A stretch of 64,000 bases of DNA, from the NCBI RefSeq assembly GCF_009914755.1, contig NC_060939.1, one strand, 5' to 3'. This document shows positions 13,306-27,065 of this stretch, one piece after another. This stretch comes from the human T2T-CHM13v2.0 reference genome, Homo sapiens. The position numbers and the translations under genes were made by a program. The notes beneath the pieces were generated by a model. It was not told the DNA's origin and made no database searches. It was given only the letters and a program-made list of their open reading frames with translations. Position 1 is the stretch's first letter, and every line of letters starts with the position of its first letter.

Positions 13306-13369
13306 TTTTTTTTTTTTTTTTTTTTTTTTTTTTGAGACGGAGTCTCGCTCTGTTGCCCAGGCTGGAGTG
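13306..13369 (-). mobile_element. Extremely 5'-truncated Alu (36 bp + A28 tail)
   Basis: T28 at 13306-13333, Alu 3' end at 13334-13369, perfect TSD GAGCAGAGGCAG at 13294-13305 and 13370-13381. Confidence 0.95.
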
Positions 13370-13372
13370 GAG

Positions 13373-13558
13373 CAGAGGCAGATTTTACGCAAAGTTAGTA
13401 TAGCGTTAAGTGTCAAAGTCCATCAACTAAATAGACCCTCCAAGGTGAATATTGTATTTCTAATAATTTTATCTTCATAATTTTGTATTATTTTCCTTAA
13501 AAAGTCCTCACCCAAGTTGCCTATGATTTAGGCCCCACAAAATTTAGATCTGTCCCTG
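13373..13558 (+). mobile_element. MER53-like hAT element
   Basis: 'cagaggcagattttac...ataattttgtattattttcc...aggccccacaaaatttagatctgtccctg' resembles recalled MER53 ends. Confidence 0.7.
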
Positions 13559-14629
13559 GTAAACATCATCATGCTGCCAGAATATAAGCTGTTAGATCCC
13601 TCAAATGTGACGTATATGCACCTGGTGAAATATTTTTTCACCTGTTCATTTTCACTGTAAAATGATAGAAATTGGTTAAAATAGATACATAGAACATTAG
13701 AAAAACTATGTAATATCTAAAAATTAAAGAATTATTATTCCTACCTCCTCTGTGAACTGTGCCATACAAAACAGGTATTCATTAATTTAATGGCTTTCCA
13801 GGCTATTTTCTCACCTCTCACACTATTGGCTTACATTACTTGAGACAAATCATTTTCTTTAATTTAAAGATTGAAATAGGGTAATTGCCTGGCTTCTTTC
13901 ATATTTTAACAATTTTTATTTCTAACGTAAATCTGTAAAACAACTATCTGAAAGTTTATATTAGTTGTTTTGACTTTATAGGGGTCAACGACTGCCGCAT
14001 TTTAAAATTTGATTAATTAACATTTCAGAATTTAAAGATAGGACAATTTCATCTTGTATAATTTAAACTAATTTTTAAATATAATTTTCATTTTTTACTT
14101 CTGTTATTCACTTGGCTTTTACTCAAATAAACCATCTTCATATGGAGCCATGGGACTGAGCACATAATTTTCATTTTTTGAACATCTTTCAAGAAAGAAA
14201 AATAATACTTTCAGGTATTATTGAATTCTTTATTACTTTTGCACCAACGTACTCAAATTATATTAATTTACTAATCTCCCCTTTAATAAAGAAGACTTTT
14301 CTAAATGTTTACTGAAGAAAAGGAGGCTGTAAAGTAACATTTTGGACTATCTCCACTCTGAATATTGCGTCCCTACATCCATCCGTTTAAAAACATCCCC
14401 TCAACATAGTGAATCTCCTAGGCTAAAATAAACAGAGCTTTTAGTCACGGTACATATATCACCCACTCTATTGGGACCCCTTCATTTATCATTCTTTTTT
14501 GTCTCCTTAACGATACAATTTTATTTATCCAACAAATTTTATTGAGTGACCATATATCAGAATCAGTTCTTCTTCTGAATGGAATTCTGCTGAATAAATT
14601 TCCAGATACTACCAAGAGCCTTTTAAAAA

Positions 14630-15705
14630 CTTTTTCTTATTATTTATTTTTTTCAAATATTTTTATTGTACAATACATATAAAATGTACTATCTTAACCA
14701 CTTTTAAGTGTACAATTCAGTGGTATTAAGCATACTCATATTCATGTACGACCATCACCACCATTCATCATCAGAACTATTTTCATCTTCCAAAACTGAA
14801 ACTCTATGCCCGTTAAACCATAACTCCTTATCTCTCCTCTCCCCCCAGCTCCTGAAAACCACCATTCCACATTTTGTCTTTATAATTTTGACTACTCTAG
14901 GTATCTCATATAAGTGGAATTATATATCATTTGTCTTTTTCATTACTGGCTGTTCCACTTAACATATGTCCTCAAAGATCATCCATATTGTAGCATATGT
15001 GACAATTTCCTTTCTTTTTATAAGGGCTGAATAATATTTCATTGTGTATATATATTCGATTGTACATTCCATTGTGTGTGTGTAGTGTGTGTGTATATAT
15101 ATGTGTGTGTGCGTGTGTATATATATATATATATATATATTTTATATATATATATATATATTCCTTTTGCTTAACTATTCATCTGTGGATGGATACATGG
15201 GTTGCTTCACATTTTAGCTATTTTGAATGATGCTGCTATGCATATGGGTATACAACTATTTCTTCAAGACCCTTTCAATTGTTTTATGTATATACAAATT
15301 TAACATGGCCGAAAACAGAAGTGAAATTGTTAGATCCTATGGTAAATCTATTTTTAATTTTTTGAGGAACTGTCATACACTGTTCCCTGGAACAGCTGTA
15401 CCATTTTACATTCTCATCAACAGTGTACAAGGGTTCCAATGTTTTCATTTCTTACCAAGACTTGTTATTTTCTGGGTTTTGTTTTTTTGTTTTATTTTTA
15501 TATAGCCATCCTAATGGGTCTGAGCTGGTATCACATTGTGGTTTTGACTTGCATTTCCTTAGTTGTAACTGATGTTGAGCATCTTTTCATATGTTTATGG
15601 CCATTTGTATATCATTTGTATAACATTTGAAAAATGTTTATTCAAATCCTTTGTCCACTTTCGAATTGGGTTGTTTGTTTGTGTTGTTGTTATTGTCGTT
15701 ACTAA
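14630..15705 (-). mobile_element. L1MB 3' fragment
   Basis: L1MB 3'UTR 'ttttaagtgtacaattcagtggtattaag..aaactgaaactctatgcccgttaaac'; ORF 15595-15822(-) contains NPIRKWTKDLNKHFS (L1 ORF2). Confidence 0.9.
15073..15160. repeat. (TG)n/(TA)n compound microsatellite
   Basis: Direct reading, inside the L1MB. Confidence 0.9.
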
Positions 15706-16169
15706 TAGCCTTTTAAAATTAAATTTTCTCTTTAGGAGCCTATTGCTTCCTAATTGATCCTTAAAACAGTGGACCATTTCACATTGTCTTTCGTGTAGAG
15801 ATTCACAGCTTTGAAAATGCATTCCCAGAAGTTACTTCATTTGAGCATTATAACCTAGTAAGAGAAGCAAACTCATTTTATTACATGCACTTGAAAGAAT
15901 CTCGAAAACATCTTGGAAAGTGCCTAGACAGACCCCTAGACTCCTAGATGAGTTCATCTACAAAATCATGCCATTCATTCACAATTGTTCTGAATTTTCT
16001 CTTTCAATGTTTTGCTTTTTGGAAAGAAATCAGGGAACTGATTAAAACATTTCATTCTCTTTCCTCTTTTATCTCACACATGCCAAGCCAAAAGGACTTC
16101 AGAGGAACTCATTTTATATTTCACCTTCTGTCAGACATAGTATCCATCAGCTTCTAATATACCTAGTTA

Positions 16170-17335
16170 TGGCAATTTTCTTCTGGGCCACTGATTGTTT
16201 CCTCTCAGTGTCTTTAGCTGACTTTGGCTCCTCTGCTCCAACTCTAAATATTTGAGCATTTCTAGAGTTTTATCCTGAGTTCCCTTTGTCTTCTCACCTG
16301 CTCACTTTTTCTAGGTACACTCACCCTCTTTGATGGTTTTAAATGGCTACATGCCAATGATTCCCTCATCCACATCTTTAGCCTCAAACATGCACCAGAA
16401 CTCCATGGTCATTTAAACAACTGTATTCACAACATTTTCACATGGCTAATAGGCATCCTAAACATGGTCAAATTTAGCATGGCTCACAACAAAGCTCTTT
16501 GGAATGCAGCCCTCCAGAAAATTAGATCCTTTCTCCAGAATCCCCATCTCAGTAGATGGCAGCCCCATCTACCCAATTGCTTAAGCCAACAATCTGAAAG
16601 ACTACCTTTGAATTTACCCTTCAATGTATCTCGATTTCCTTGCCCACCTCATATCTATCAAAAAATATACCTTGGATAGTCTATTCTCTATTTCTTTACT
16701 ACTACCACCATGTCTCACCTGACCTACTACCATCACCTCCTAACTGGTCTTGGCCCTTACAAATCATTTCCCAAACAGCAGATATTTGCCATTTTCAAAC
16801 TTAAATCATGTTACTCTATGCTTAAGATCTTCAAGTGATTTCCTACTGCAATTAAAAAATAATAAAATCCAAGCTCTTTACACTGAATTGCAAAGTCCTA
16901 CATAAAAAGATGTTTCCTTCATCTTTCCTTTCTGTCTTGTCCCAATCTTAATGGCATTCTCTCAATTTCTTGAGCACATCAGTATGTTTCTCATTTTTGG
17001 ACATTTCATCATCCGCTACCTTGATTACTCTTCACCCTGATCTTTTATGACTGGCTCTTTCTTGTCATCTAGATGTTATCTTAAATATTATATCAAAAAG
17101 ATCTCCTCTTGCTAACCACTCAATCTCAAATAGCCAATTAATTTCTATAATATAATCTTATATTATCCCTCTGAATAGGATTTATCCCTAGCTGATCTAT
17201 TGTATGTTTATTTGTTTAATTTATCTCTAACCCTGAGAAGAATATAAGCTCCATGAAGACATTATCACTTGTGCTCACCATTGTATCATCAGCATACAGC
17301 AAATAATAAGTACTCACAAATAGTTGAATAAACAG
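16170..17335 (+). mobile_element. L2a
   Basis: L2 RT and 3' motifs 'atgccaatgattccctcatcc', 'catctcagtagatggcagcccc', ending 'gtactcacaaatagttgaataaa'. Confidence 0.85.
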
Positions 17336-18099
17336 ATTTAAATTCTCCAAAAAATCTTCTGGAATCCCTAGATCTTGTTGATTTACCTGGGACTTCTGAT
17401 AGCCTATTTTATGACCTTTCTCAAGATGAAATGCAAGGTGCCTAAAAAGACAGTCTTCCAAAGTCACATTACCAATGTTAAACACTTGTTAAAAAAATAA
17501 CTAGAATCCAAGTCGTATAATTAGGCCACAAACAGCTGAACTCAGTTCTAAATATCCTCAAGTCAGAAATAACATTGATTCCTCTATTAAAGAAGAATTG
17601 ATTCCTTTAAAAGAAATAAATTTTAGGTAATTGGTAAATAGACTGCTGGCAACAAGAGGAACCAACTTAGGAAACTAAAGAACTATTTTGGCCCAGTGCC
17701 TTACTTGTGTAAATTTGATTTGGTTTTTTTACCTTACCTAGTTTCTACTTCAGGTGACAAAATAGTTTAAGAAAAAGATAATCACATTTAATATAAAAAG
17801 AAAATTATTAACACATTCGACATAATGATATCATTTTTGTAAACTCAATTAAATCTCTTAGAAATATGAAGCCCTGTAAAGTACTATTTAATTTTAATGT
17901 GAGAAATGTACAACAAATGATATTAAATGAGACTCTTTCTCTCATTTCAGAGTTTCAGAAGAGACCCAGAGGTCAAGACAATCGGTGTGAAATATTCTAC
18001 ATATTATGGGGAAGCATGACCATCATTGAAAAACTAGGAAAGAGGTGAACCAAATGGTTTTTCAGCATCAATCTATCACCAGCCTCTCAGCTTAACAAA

Positions 18100-19292
18100 A
18101 ATGAGAAAAACTTATCAAAGTCTAGAATTGGAGGGCAAAGTAATCAGTCTAACCTCTCCTAAAAATACAACTAGAAAAGCAAGAAAAAGTATGAAAAAGT
18201 AAAATCTGTTTGCAAGTATCATAGAGTAACAAAATGCTGAAGACTCACCAGCCTAGGTTCTAGGGAAGACAAAAGCTTAGAGAAGTGAGTTACTCAGGAC
18301 AACACTACCAATTTGGGATCACTCTTGGGATCTGTACTAAATCCAGAGCGTGACTCTAAATGGCTAAAATACTGAGCCCTAGTTTTTATGGCTTCCATGG
18401 GCTAGAATAAAAAAAAAATTGATGTTCAACTGCCAGCAGGAAGGTAGTGCTGGTGATTCAGAAGTAATAGGGTAAGCTGCAAGTAGAAAGATTATTACAG
18501 GTACTGCAGCTCAGCTTTGAGTTATCTCCATTGCTAAACTTGGACTATGGTGAGTCCATACTGATAGGGTCACCAGTTGCCTGACATAAACAAACAAGAC
18601 TCCTCTATGTAGGAAAGCATAGGTTAGCGCAAAAGTAATTGTGGTTTTTGCCATTTAAAGTAATGGCTTTACATTATTTCTACAAACAACTCTGCAAACA
18701 TAAGGTCTAGCACATTAAATAAATAAACAAACAGATACAAAGAGCCAACTCAACACAAATAAAGCCAGAAAAAAACAACAGACAATAAAACCTACCCAAA
18801 TGGAAAATGGAGTTGGAGTTATCCTACATAGAATTTATAACAGCTATATTTATGATGTTCAAGGATATAAAAGAAAAAAATTTAAAAAATCATCAGAAAC
18901 CTCAAAATATACAGAAGAATAAAATGGAAATTCTGGAACTTAAACATATAAAAATACATATATAATAACCCAAATAAGAACTCAACAGATAGGTTAACAC
19001 TGGACAGTTATTGCTGTAAAAAACTATTAGGAAACTGGAGCATATGTCAGAAGAAAATATACAAGGTGAAACAAGAAAAGACAAAAGAAAGAAAAATACA
19101 GAAAATAGTGTATGTGACATTGATTATACCATAGAAAATACTAAGATACTGGAATCCAAAAAGGTGTGGGAGAGAATGAGGAAGAAGTAATACTTGAAAA
19201 GCTAATAGCTGTGAACTTTCTAATACTGCTGAAAGACTTCAAGCCACAGATGCAAAAAGTGTTATAGGATTAAAAAGAAACTGGGTGCCTGC
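18100..19292 (+). mobile_element. Old L1M 5'UTR/ORF1 fragment (split by Tigger4)
   Basis: ORF1-like A-rich sequence 'atgttcaaggatataaaagaa..atggaaattctggaactt..aggaaactggagcatatgtcagaagaaaat'. Confidence 0.7.
18620..18667. mobile_element. Half MADE1 MITE (Hsmar1-derived)
   Basis: taggttagcgcaaaagtaattgtggtttttgccatttaaagtaatggc: one TIR plus the spacer; most of the second TIR is missing. Confidence 0.85.
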
Positions 19293-19908
19293 TACAGATT
19301 GAACATTCCTAATCTGAAAATCAGAAATCGTAAATGCTTCAAAATCCAAAACTTTCTGAGTGCCAACATTATGCCACATTTATAAAATTTCACACCTGGC
19401 CTTACATGATGGGTTGCAGTCTAAACTCAGGCACACAACACACAGTTTATTCAGTGTCTCCAAGGGAAAAAAGACCTTCCCAGGTCTCTTCAGCTGCAAT
19501 GTATCTTTTCCTTACATGCTCAGATTTCCCTACAGAAGCACACCCACAAGGTGTCATAAAATGACACTAATAAAGACCAGATGGACCAATGGCAGGTTCC
19601 CCACGATGACTTACATGAACAAGACCTACATGCATTACTCACTGTGGTTTTTTTGTTTGTTTGCTTAGTCTCTGTTCTATGGTATAGGTATTGTTAAAAA
19701 TGTTCAAAAGGCTGGCACTGTTGGTAACAGTGATAAGAAACAGAGGAAACATTTATCATTACCTATAGCACAGAAAGTCAAGCTTCTGGAGAAACTAGAC
19801 AGCAGTGTGAAAGAAGAGTATGGTGTTCAAATAACCATCATATATGAACTGAAGAAACAAAAGGATAGACTGATGAAGTTTTATGCTGAAGGTGATAAAC
19901 AGAAGTCA

Positions 19909-20230
<322 letters not shown>

Positions 20231-20357
20231 GGAAGGAAGGAAAGAAAGAAAAGAAAGACAGAAAGAGAGAAAGAGAGAGAGAGAAAGAAAGAGAGAGAGA
20301 GAGAGAGAAAGAAAGAAAGAAAAAAAGAAAGAAAGAAAGAAAGAGAAAGAAAGAAAG

Positions 20358-20416
<59 letters not shown>

Positions 20417-20428
20417 AAAGAAAGAAAG
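20231..20428. repeat. (GAAA)n/(GA)n purine microsatellite grown from the Alu tail
   Basis: Direct reading; lies between the Alu tail and the 3' TSD remnant. Confidence 0.95.
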
Positions 20429-20996
20429 TGCATAAAGCTAAAACTGAAAATCGCAATCATATATTGAAAGAGTGGATCCATCAGAGTCTCAGTAAACACA
20501 TGCTACTTCATGGTATGCTGATAATGAAACAAGCAAATATCTACCAGGATGAACTGAAAAATTGAAGGGAACTGTGAATACTCAACAGGCTGATTAAAGA
20601 AATTTAAGAAAATACATGGCATTAAATTTTTAAAGATTTGTGGTAATAAAGTATCTGCTAGTCATGAAACAGTAGAGAAATTCATTGATGACTTTGCCAG
20701 CATTATCCCTGGTGAAAATCTGACAGTAGAACAAGTATATAATGCTGATGAAAGATCACTGTTTTGGTATTATTGCCACAGAAAGACAATGATAACAGAT
20801 GATGTCCTATAGGAATTCAGGATGCCAAGGACAAAATAACTGTGCTGGGATGTGCTATTGCAGCAGGCACACGTTAAATGTAACTTTCTGTGACAGGAAA
20901 AAGCTTTGTGTCCTTGCCTTTTTCAAGGAATGACTTCCTTACCACCTGCGGTTGTTATGCTAACTAAAACCATGGATCATCGGGGACATATTTTCT

Positions 20997-22713
20997 CTTC
21001 TTTTTGTAATTAATTTTTTTCCATGCATCATCCCTTTATTTTTTTTCAACTTTTATTTTGGATTTAGGGGGCACATGTGCAGTTTTGTTACATGGGTATA
21101 TTGTGCGACGCTGAGGTTTGGGTCATGGATCATCCCGTAACCCAGTTAGTGAGCATTGTACCCTATACATAGTTTCTCAACCCACGGCCCCCTCCTTCCC
21201 TCCCAACTCTTGTAGTCCCATACCCAGTATCTATTCTTCTCATCTTTTTATCTATGTGTACTCAATTTTTAGCTCCCACCTATAAGTGAGAACCTGAGGT
21301 ATTTGTTTTTCTGTTCTTCAGTTAATTTACTTAGGATAATGGCCTCCGGCTCCATCCATGTTGCTGCAAAGGACATGATTTCATTCTTTTTTATGGCTAC
21401 AAAGTATTCCATGGTGGTATATGTGCCACATTTTCATTATTCAATCCACCATTGAGGGATACATAGGTTGATTCCATGTCTTTTCTATTGTGGATAGCAC
21501 TGCAACGAAAATATGCCTATATGTGTCTTTTTGGTAGAATAATTTATATTCCCTTGGGTATATACACAGTAATGGTATTGCAGGATCAAATGGTAGTTCT
21601 CTTTTATAAATCTCCAAACTGCTTTCACAGTGGCTGAACAAATTTGCATTCCCACAAACAGTGTGGAAGCATTCCCTTTTCTCTGCAGTCTTGCCCTTTT
21701 TGACTTTTTAATAACAGCCATTCTGACTGGTGTGAGATAGTATCTCATTGTGGTTTTGATTTGCATTGCTCTGATGCATTTCTTCTGATGATTAGTAATG
21801 ATGAGCATTTTTTATATGTTTGTTGGCAACTTATGTCTTCTTTTGAGAAGAGTCTATCCATGCCTTTGGCCATTTTTTAATGTTTTTGTTTGTTTTGTTT
21901 TCTTGCTTTTAAGTTCCTTGTAGATTCTGGATATAAGATCTTTGTCAGATACATAGTTTGCAAGTATTTTCTCCCATTCTGTAGGCTGCCTGTTGACTCT
22001 GTTAATATTTTTTTCTTCTTGTTTCCGGTGGGGTTGGAGCTGTTAATTTTTTTTTAATTATTATACTTTAAGTTCTAGGTACATGTGAACAACGTGCAGG
22101 TTTGATACATAGGTATATATGTGCCATGTTGGTTTGCTGCACCCATCAACTCGTCATTTACATTAGGTATTTCTCCTAATGCTAACCCCCAGTCCCCCAC
22201 CCCCCAAGAGGCCCCAGTGTGTGATGTTCCCCGCCCTGTGCCCAAGTGTTATCATTATTCAATTCCCACCTATGAGTGAGAACATGTGGCGTTTGGTTTT
22301 CGGTCCTTGTGATAGTTTGCTGAGAATGTGGCACATATACACCATGGAATACTATACAGCCATAAAAAAGGATGAGTTCATGTCCTTTGCAGGGACATGG
22401 ATGAAGATGGAGCTGTTAATTTTTCATTTTAATTTTTTGCTATGCAGAAGCTCTTTAGATTTACTAGGCTCCACTTATCAATTTTTTATTGCAATTGCTT
22501 TTGAGGACTTAGCCATAAATTCTTTGCCAAAGCTGATGTTGAGAAGGGTATTTCCTAAGTTTTCTTCTAGAATTTTTAAAGTTTGAGGTCTTACATTTGA
22601 ATCTCTAGACCATCTTGAGTTCATTTTTGTACATGGTGAAAGTTAGGGGTCCAGTTTCATTCTTCTGCCTATGGCTAGCCACTTGTCACAGCACCATTTA
22701 TTGAAGAGGGAGT
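20997..22713 (-). mobile_element. L1PA15/16-like 5'-truncated L1
   Basis: 3'UTR 'tacatgggtatattgtgcgacgctgaggtttggg'; ORF2 C-terminus; degenerate TSD cggggacatattttct 20981-20996 / cagggcatcttttct 22714-22728. Confidence 0.88.
22051..22407 (-). mobile_element. L1PA6/7-like twin-primed (5'-inverted) short L1
   Basis: Minus-strand 3'UTR to about 22329, then a plus-oriented adjacent L1 segment; TSD tggagctgttaatttt at 22035-22050 and 22408-22423. Confidence 0.9.
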
Positions 22714-23459
22714 CAGGGCATCTTTTCTAATTAGTTTCACAAACATTTTGTACCAATGACTCATGGTCACTGCAGGGAAACTGGACTAGATAATGAATGC
22801 AAGATTTTGTTATCCTTGACAACTATTCTGCTCATTCTCCAACTAAAATGGTCATAAAAATAATGTTTATGCGATGTACTTTCCCCAAATGTGACTTCAT
22901 TAATTCACTCAGATACCAGTATATCCTTAGATCAGTGAAGAGTAAATATAAAAACACTCTCTTAAACAGCATGCTAATAACAGCACAGAGGTGTGGGTGT
23001 GGAAGGTTTTCAAAAGGAAGTTAGCATGAATGATACCATCTATGCTGTTGTCAATGCTTGGAATACAGTGACGAATGACCCAGTTTTATGCAGGCCAGGC
23101 ACAAGTCCTGCCTTGTGACTATGTTCAGTGATGATGTTAAATAAAGTGGTGACTTTGAAGGATTCCATATGTCAAATGCAAAAAAAAATCTGACCTTCCT
23201 ACATATGCAAAATATACTTTCAGAGTCTCTCAGTAAGCTGGAAGAAGTGGATATCAAAGAGTTTTTTAACATTGATAATGAGACTTCAGATTTTCATTCA
23301 TTAATCAATAAGGAAATAGCCAAAGTGATTCTGAATTAAGGTGATTGTGATAATAGCGAAGATGAAGATGATGTTTTTAACACCACAGCCAAGTGCTCAT
23401 AAATGACATGGTTAAAAAGTGTGATGGGCTTGTAGAAGGACTAGAGCAGTATTCACTCA

Positions 23460-23808
<349 letters not shown>

Positions 23809-23865
23809 AGAGATACTTCTGAGACAAAAAACATTGTTAAGGCATATGGAGAAGACATTTTTAAC

Positions 23866-25384
<1,519 letters not shown>

Positions 25385-25949
25385 AAAAGCCATCCAGCAT
25401 AATGCCTCTTTATCCCTAGAGGGCCCACTTTCTGGTCCCTCAACTGCTTCTGATGTTTCTTCCCATCAAAAAAAAAGGGTTCTGTAACCTTTTAATAGCT
25501 GATCCAGGTATTCTGATGATGTCACTGTGCTGCTTAGTTAACCTGAACACATTATTTTTTTCTGTACTAATGGTATGTCATATTTTTTACTGTTAAGTAT
25601 TTATGCATGAGTAAGAGTAAGAAAATGATTACTTATTAGTAGCACATAAATTCAGTTGGGAATAATGATGATGACAAACAACCACATGGATGGCTGAGAC
25701 AATGACACCGTTGCTTTCTGATGGTTCAGTGTACACAAACTTTGTTTCATGCACAAAATTATTTAAAATATTGTTTAAAATTACCTTCAGACTATGTGCA
25801 TAGAGTGTATATGAAACAAATAAATTTTGTGGTTAGACTTGGGTTTCATCTTCAAGAGATCTCATTACATATATGCAAATATCAAAAAAAATCCAAATCT
25901 GAAACATTTCTGGTTTCAAACATTTCAGATAAAGAATACTCAACGTGTA

Positions 25950-26915
25950 GTAAAGTTACTTGTGAAAACTATTGAAAATGAAAAGCATTTTTAAAAAAGT
26001 ACTCTCTGCTATTCTTTAGGTAAATGGGTAATTATCCACGATGGAAGCTGAGAGATCCAAGGAAAGGTATTAAAAGTTTAAAGGTTTGGGTAAATATAAA
26101 TTAACACTGATGGCTTAATACAATAGTAATTACTTATTTTTGTACTCATTCATTTATATTTAAGACAAAGGCATGCAAGTCAGTAATAGGAAAATATGGT
26201 TAAGATATTTCAAAGTCTTTACACTGACCTTTAAAAAGGTTAAAAGTGCCCATTAATATTAGGTTTTCATAAACAATAATTCATGTTGTCATATTCAGAG
26301 AAACCATTAAAATATTAAACTTGTATACATTTCAAGCTAATAGGAGGGAAAATGGGACTAAAAAGAAACTCAAACCAGAAAGAACTCCAGTGAATGTGGA
26401 GCAAATAGAAAACATTTAGTATGATAATAGATTTAAACTCAAATATTTCAGTATGTATGCTGAAATATAGTCATGTGCTACATAACAGCGTTTCAGTCAA
26501 TGATGAACTGCATATACAACAGTGATCCCACAAGATTGTAATACCATATTTTCACTGTACCTTTTCTATGTTTAGATATATTTAGGTACACAAATACTGA
26601 TACTTTCCACTATGTTACAACTATTTACAGTATTCAGCACAGTAACATGCTGAACAGGTTTGTAGGCTAAGAGCAGCAAGATATACCAAATAGCCTAGGT
26701 GTGTAGCAGGCTATATTATCTAGGTTTGCTATTCAAACAAGAGCAAAATTGCCTAACAAGGCATTTCTTGGGAAGCATCTCTGTCATTGAGTGATACATG
26801 ACAGTATACTAAAGGCTCCAGTTAAGAGGCAAAGATTGTCAGACTGAATTAAAAATAAATACCCATAGGGTAAATAAGAGATGTATCTAAAATATATGAG
26901 TATTAAAAAGGTGTG
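25950..26915 (+). mobile_element. Old L1M continuation (inter-ORF/ORF2 start), split by Tigger3a
   Basis: 'gatttaaactcaaatatttcagta', 'ctccagttaagaggcaaagattgtcagactgaatt' (EN domain start). Confidence 0.65.
26468..26804 (+). mobile_element. Tigger3a (MER7A/Golem)
   Basis: TIRs tagtcatgtgctacataac and cattgagtgatacatgacag, TA TSDs, internal 'atagcctaggtgtgtagcaggctat'. Confidence 0.9.
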
Positions 26916-27065
26916 ATTAGTCCATCAGTTACTAAGAAACAGCTTTCTTAGTTTCTTACTATGGTTTTGTATTTGTCTATTTCTTCTTGTAATTCTGCCA
27001 ATTTTTGCTTTATATGTTTTGACATTGTTTTATTAGATGCATACAAATTTGGAACTCTAACTACT
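26916..27065 (-). mobile_element. L1M ORF2 EN fragment, opposite orientation
   Basis: Minus strand reads NLYASNKTMSKHIKQKLAELQEEIDK. Confidence 0.75.

Noticed and set aside
18620-18667. miR-548-like precursor
   Set aside because: Only half of a MADE1 remains, so the full hairpin cannot form
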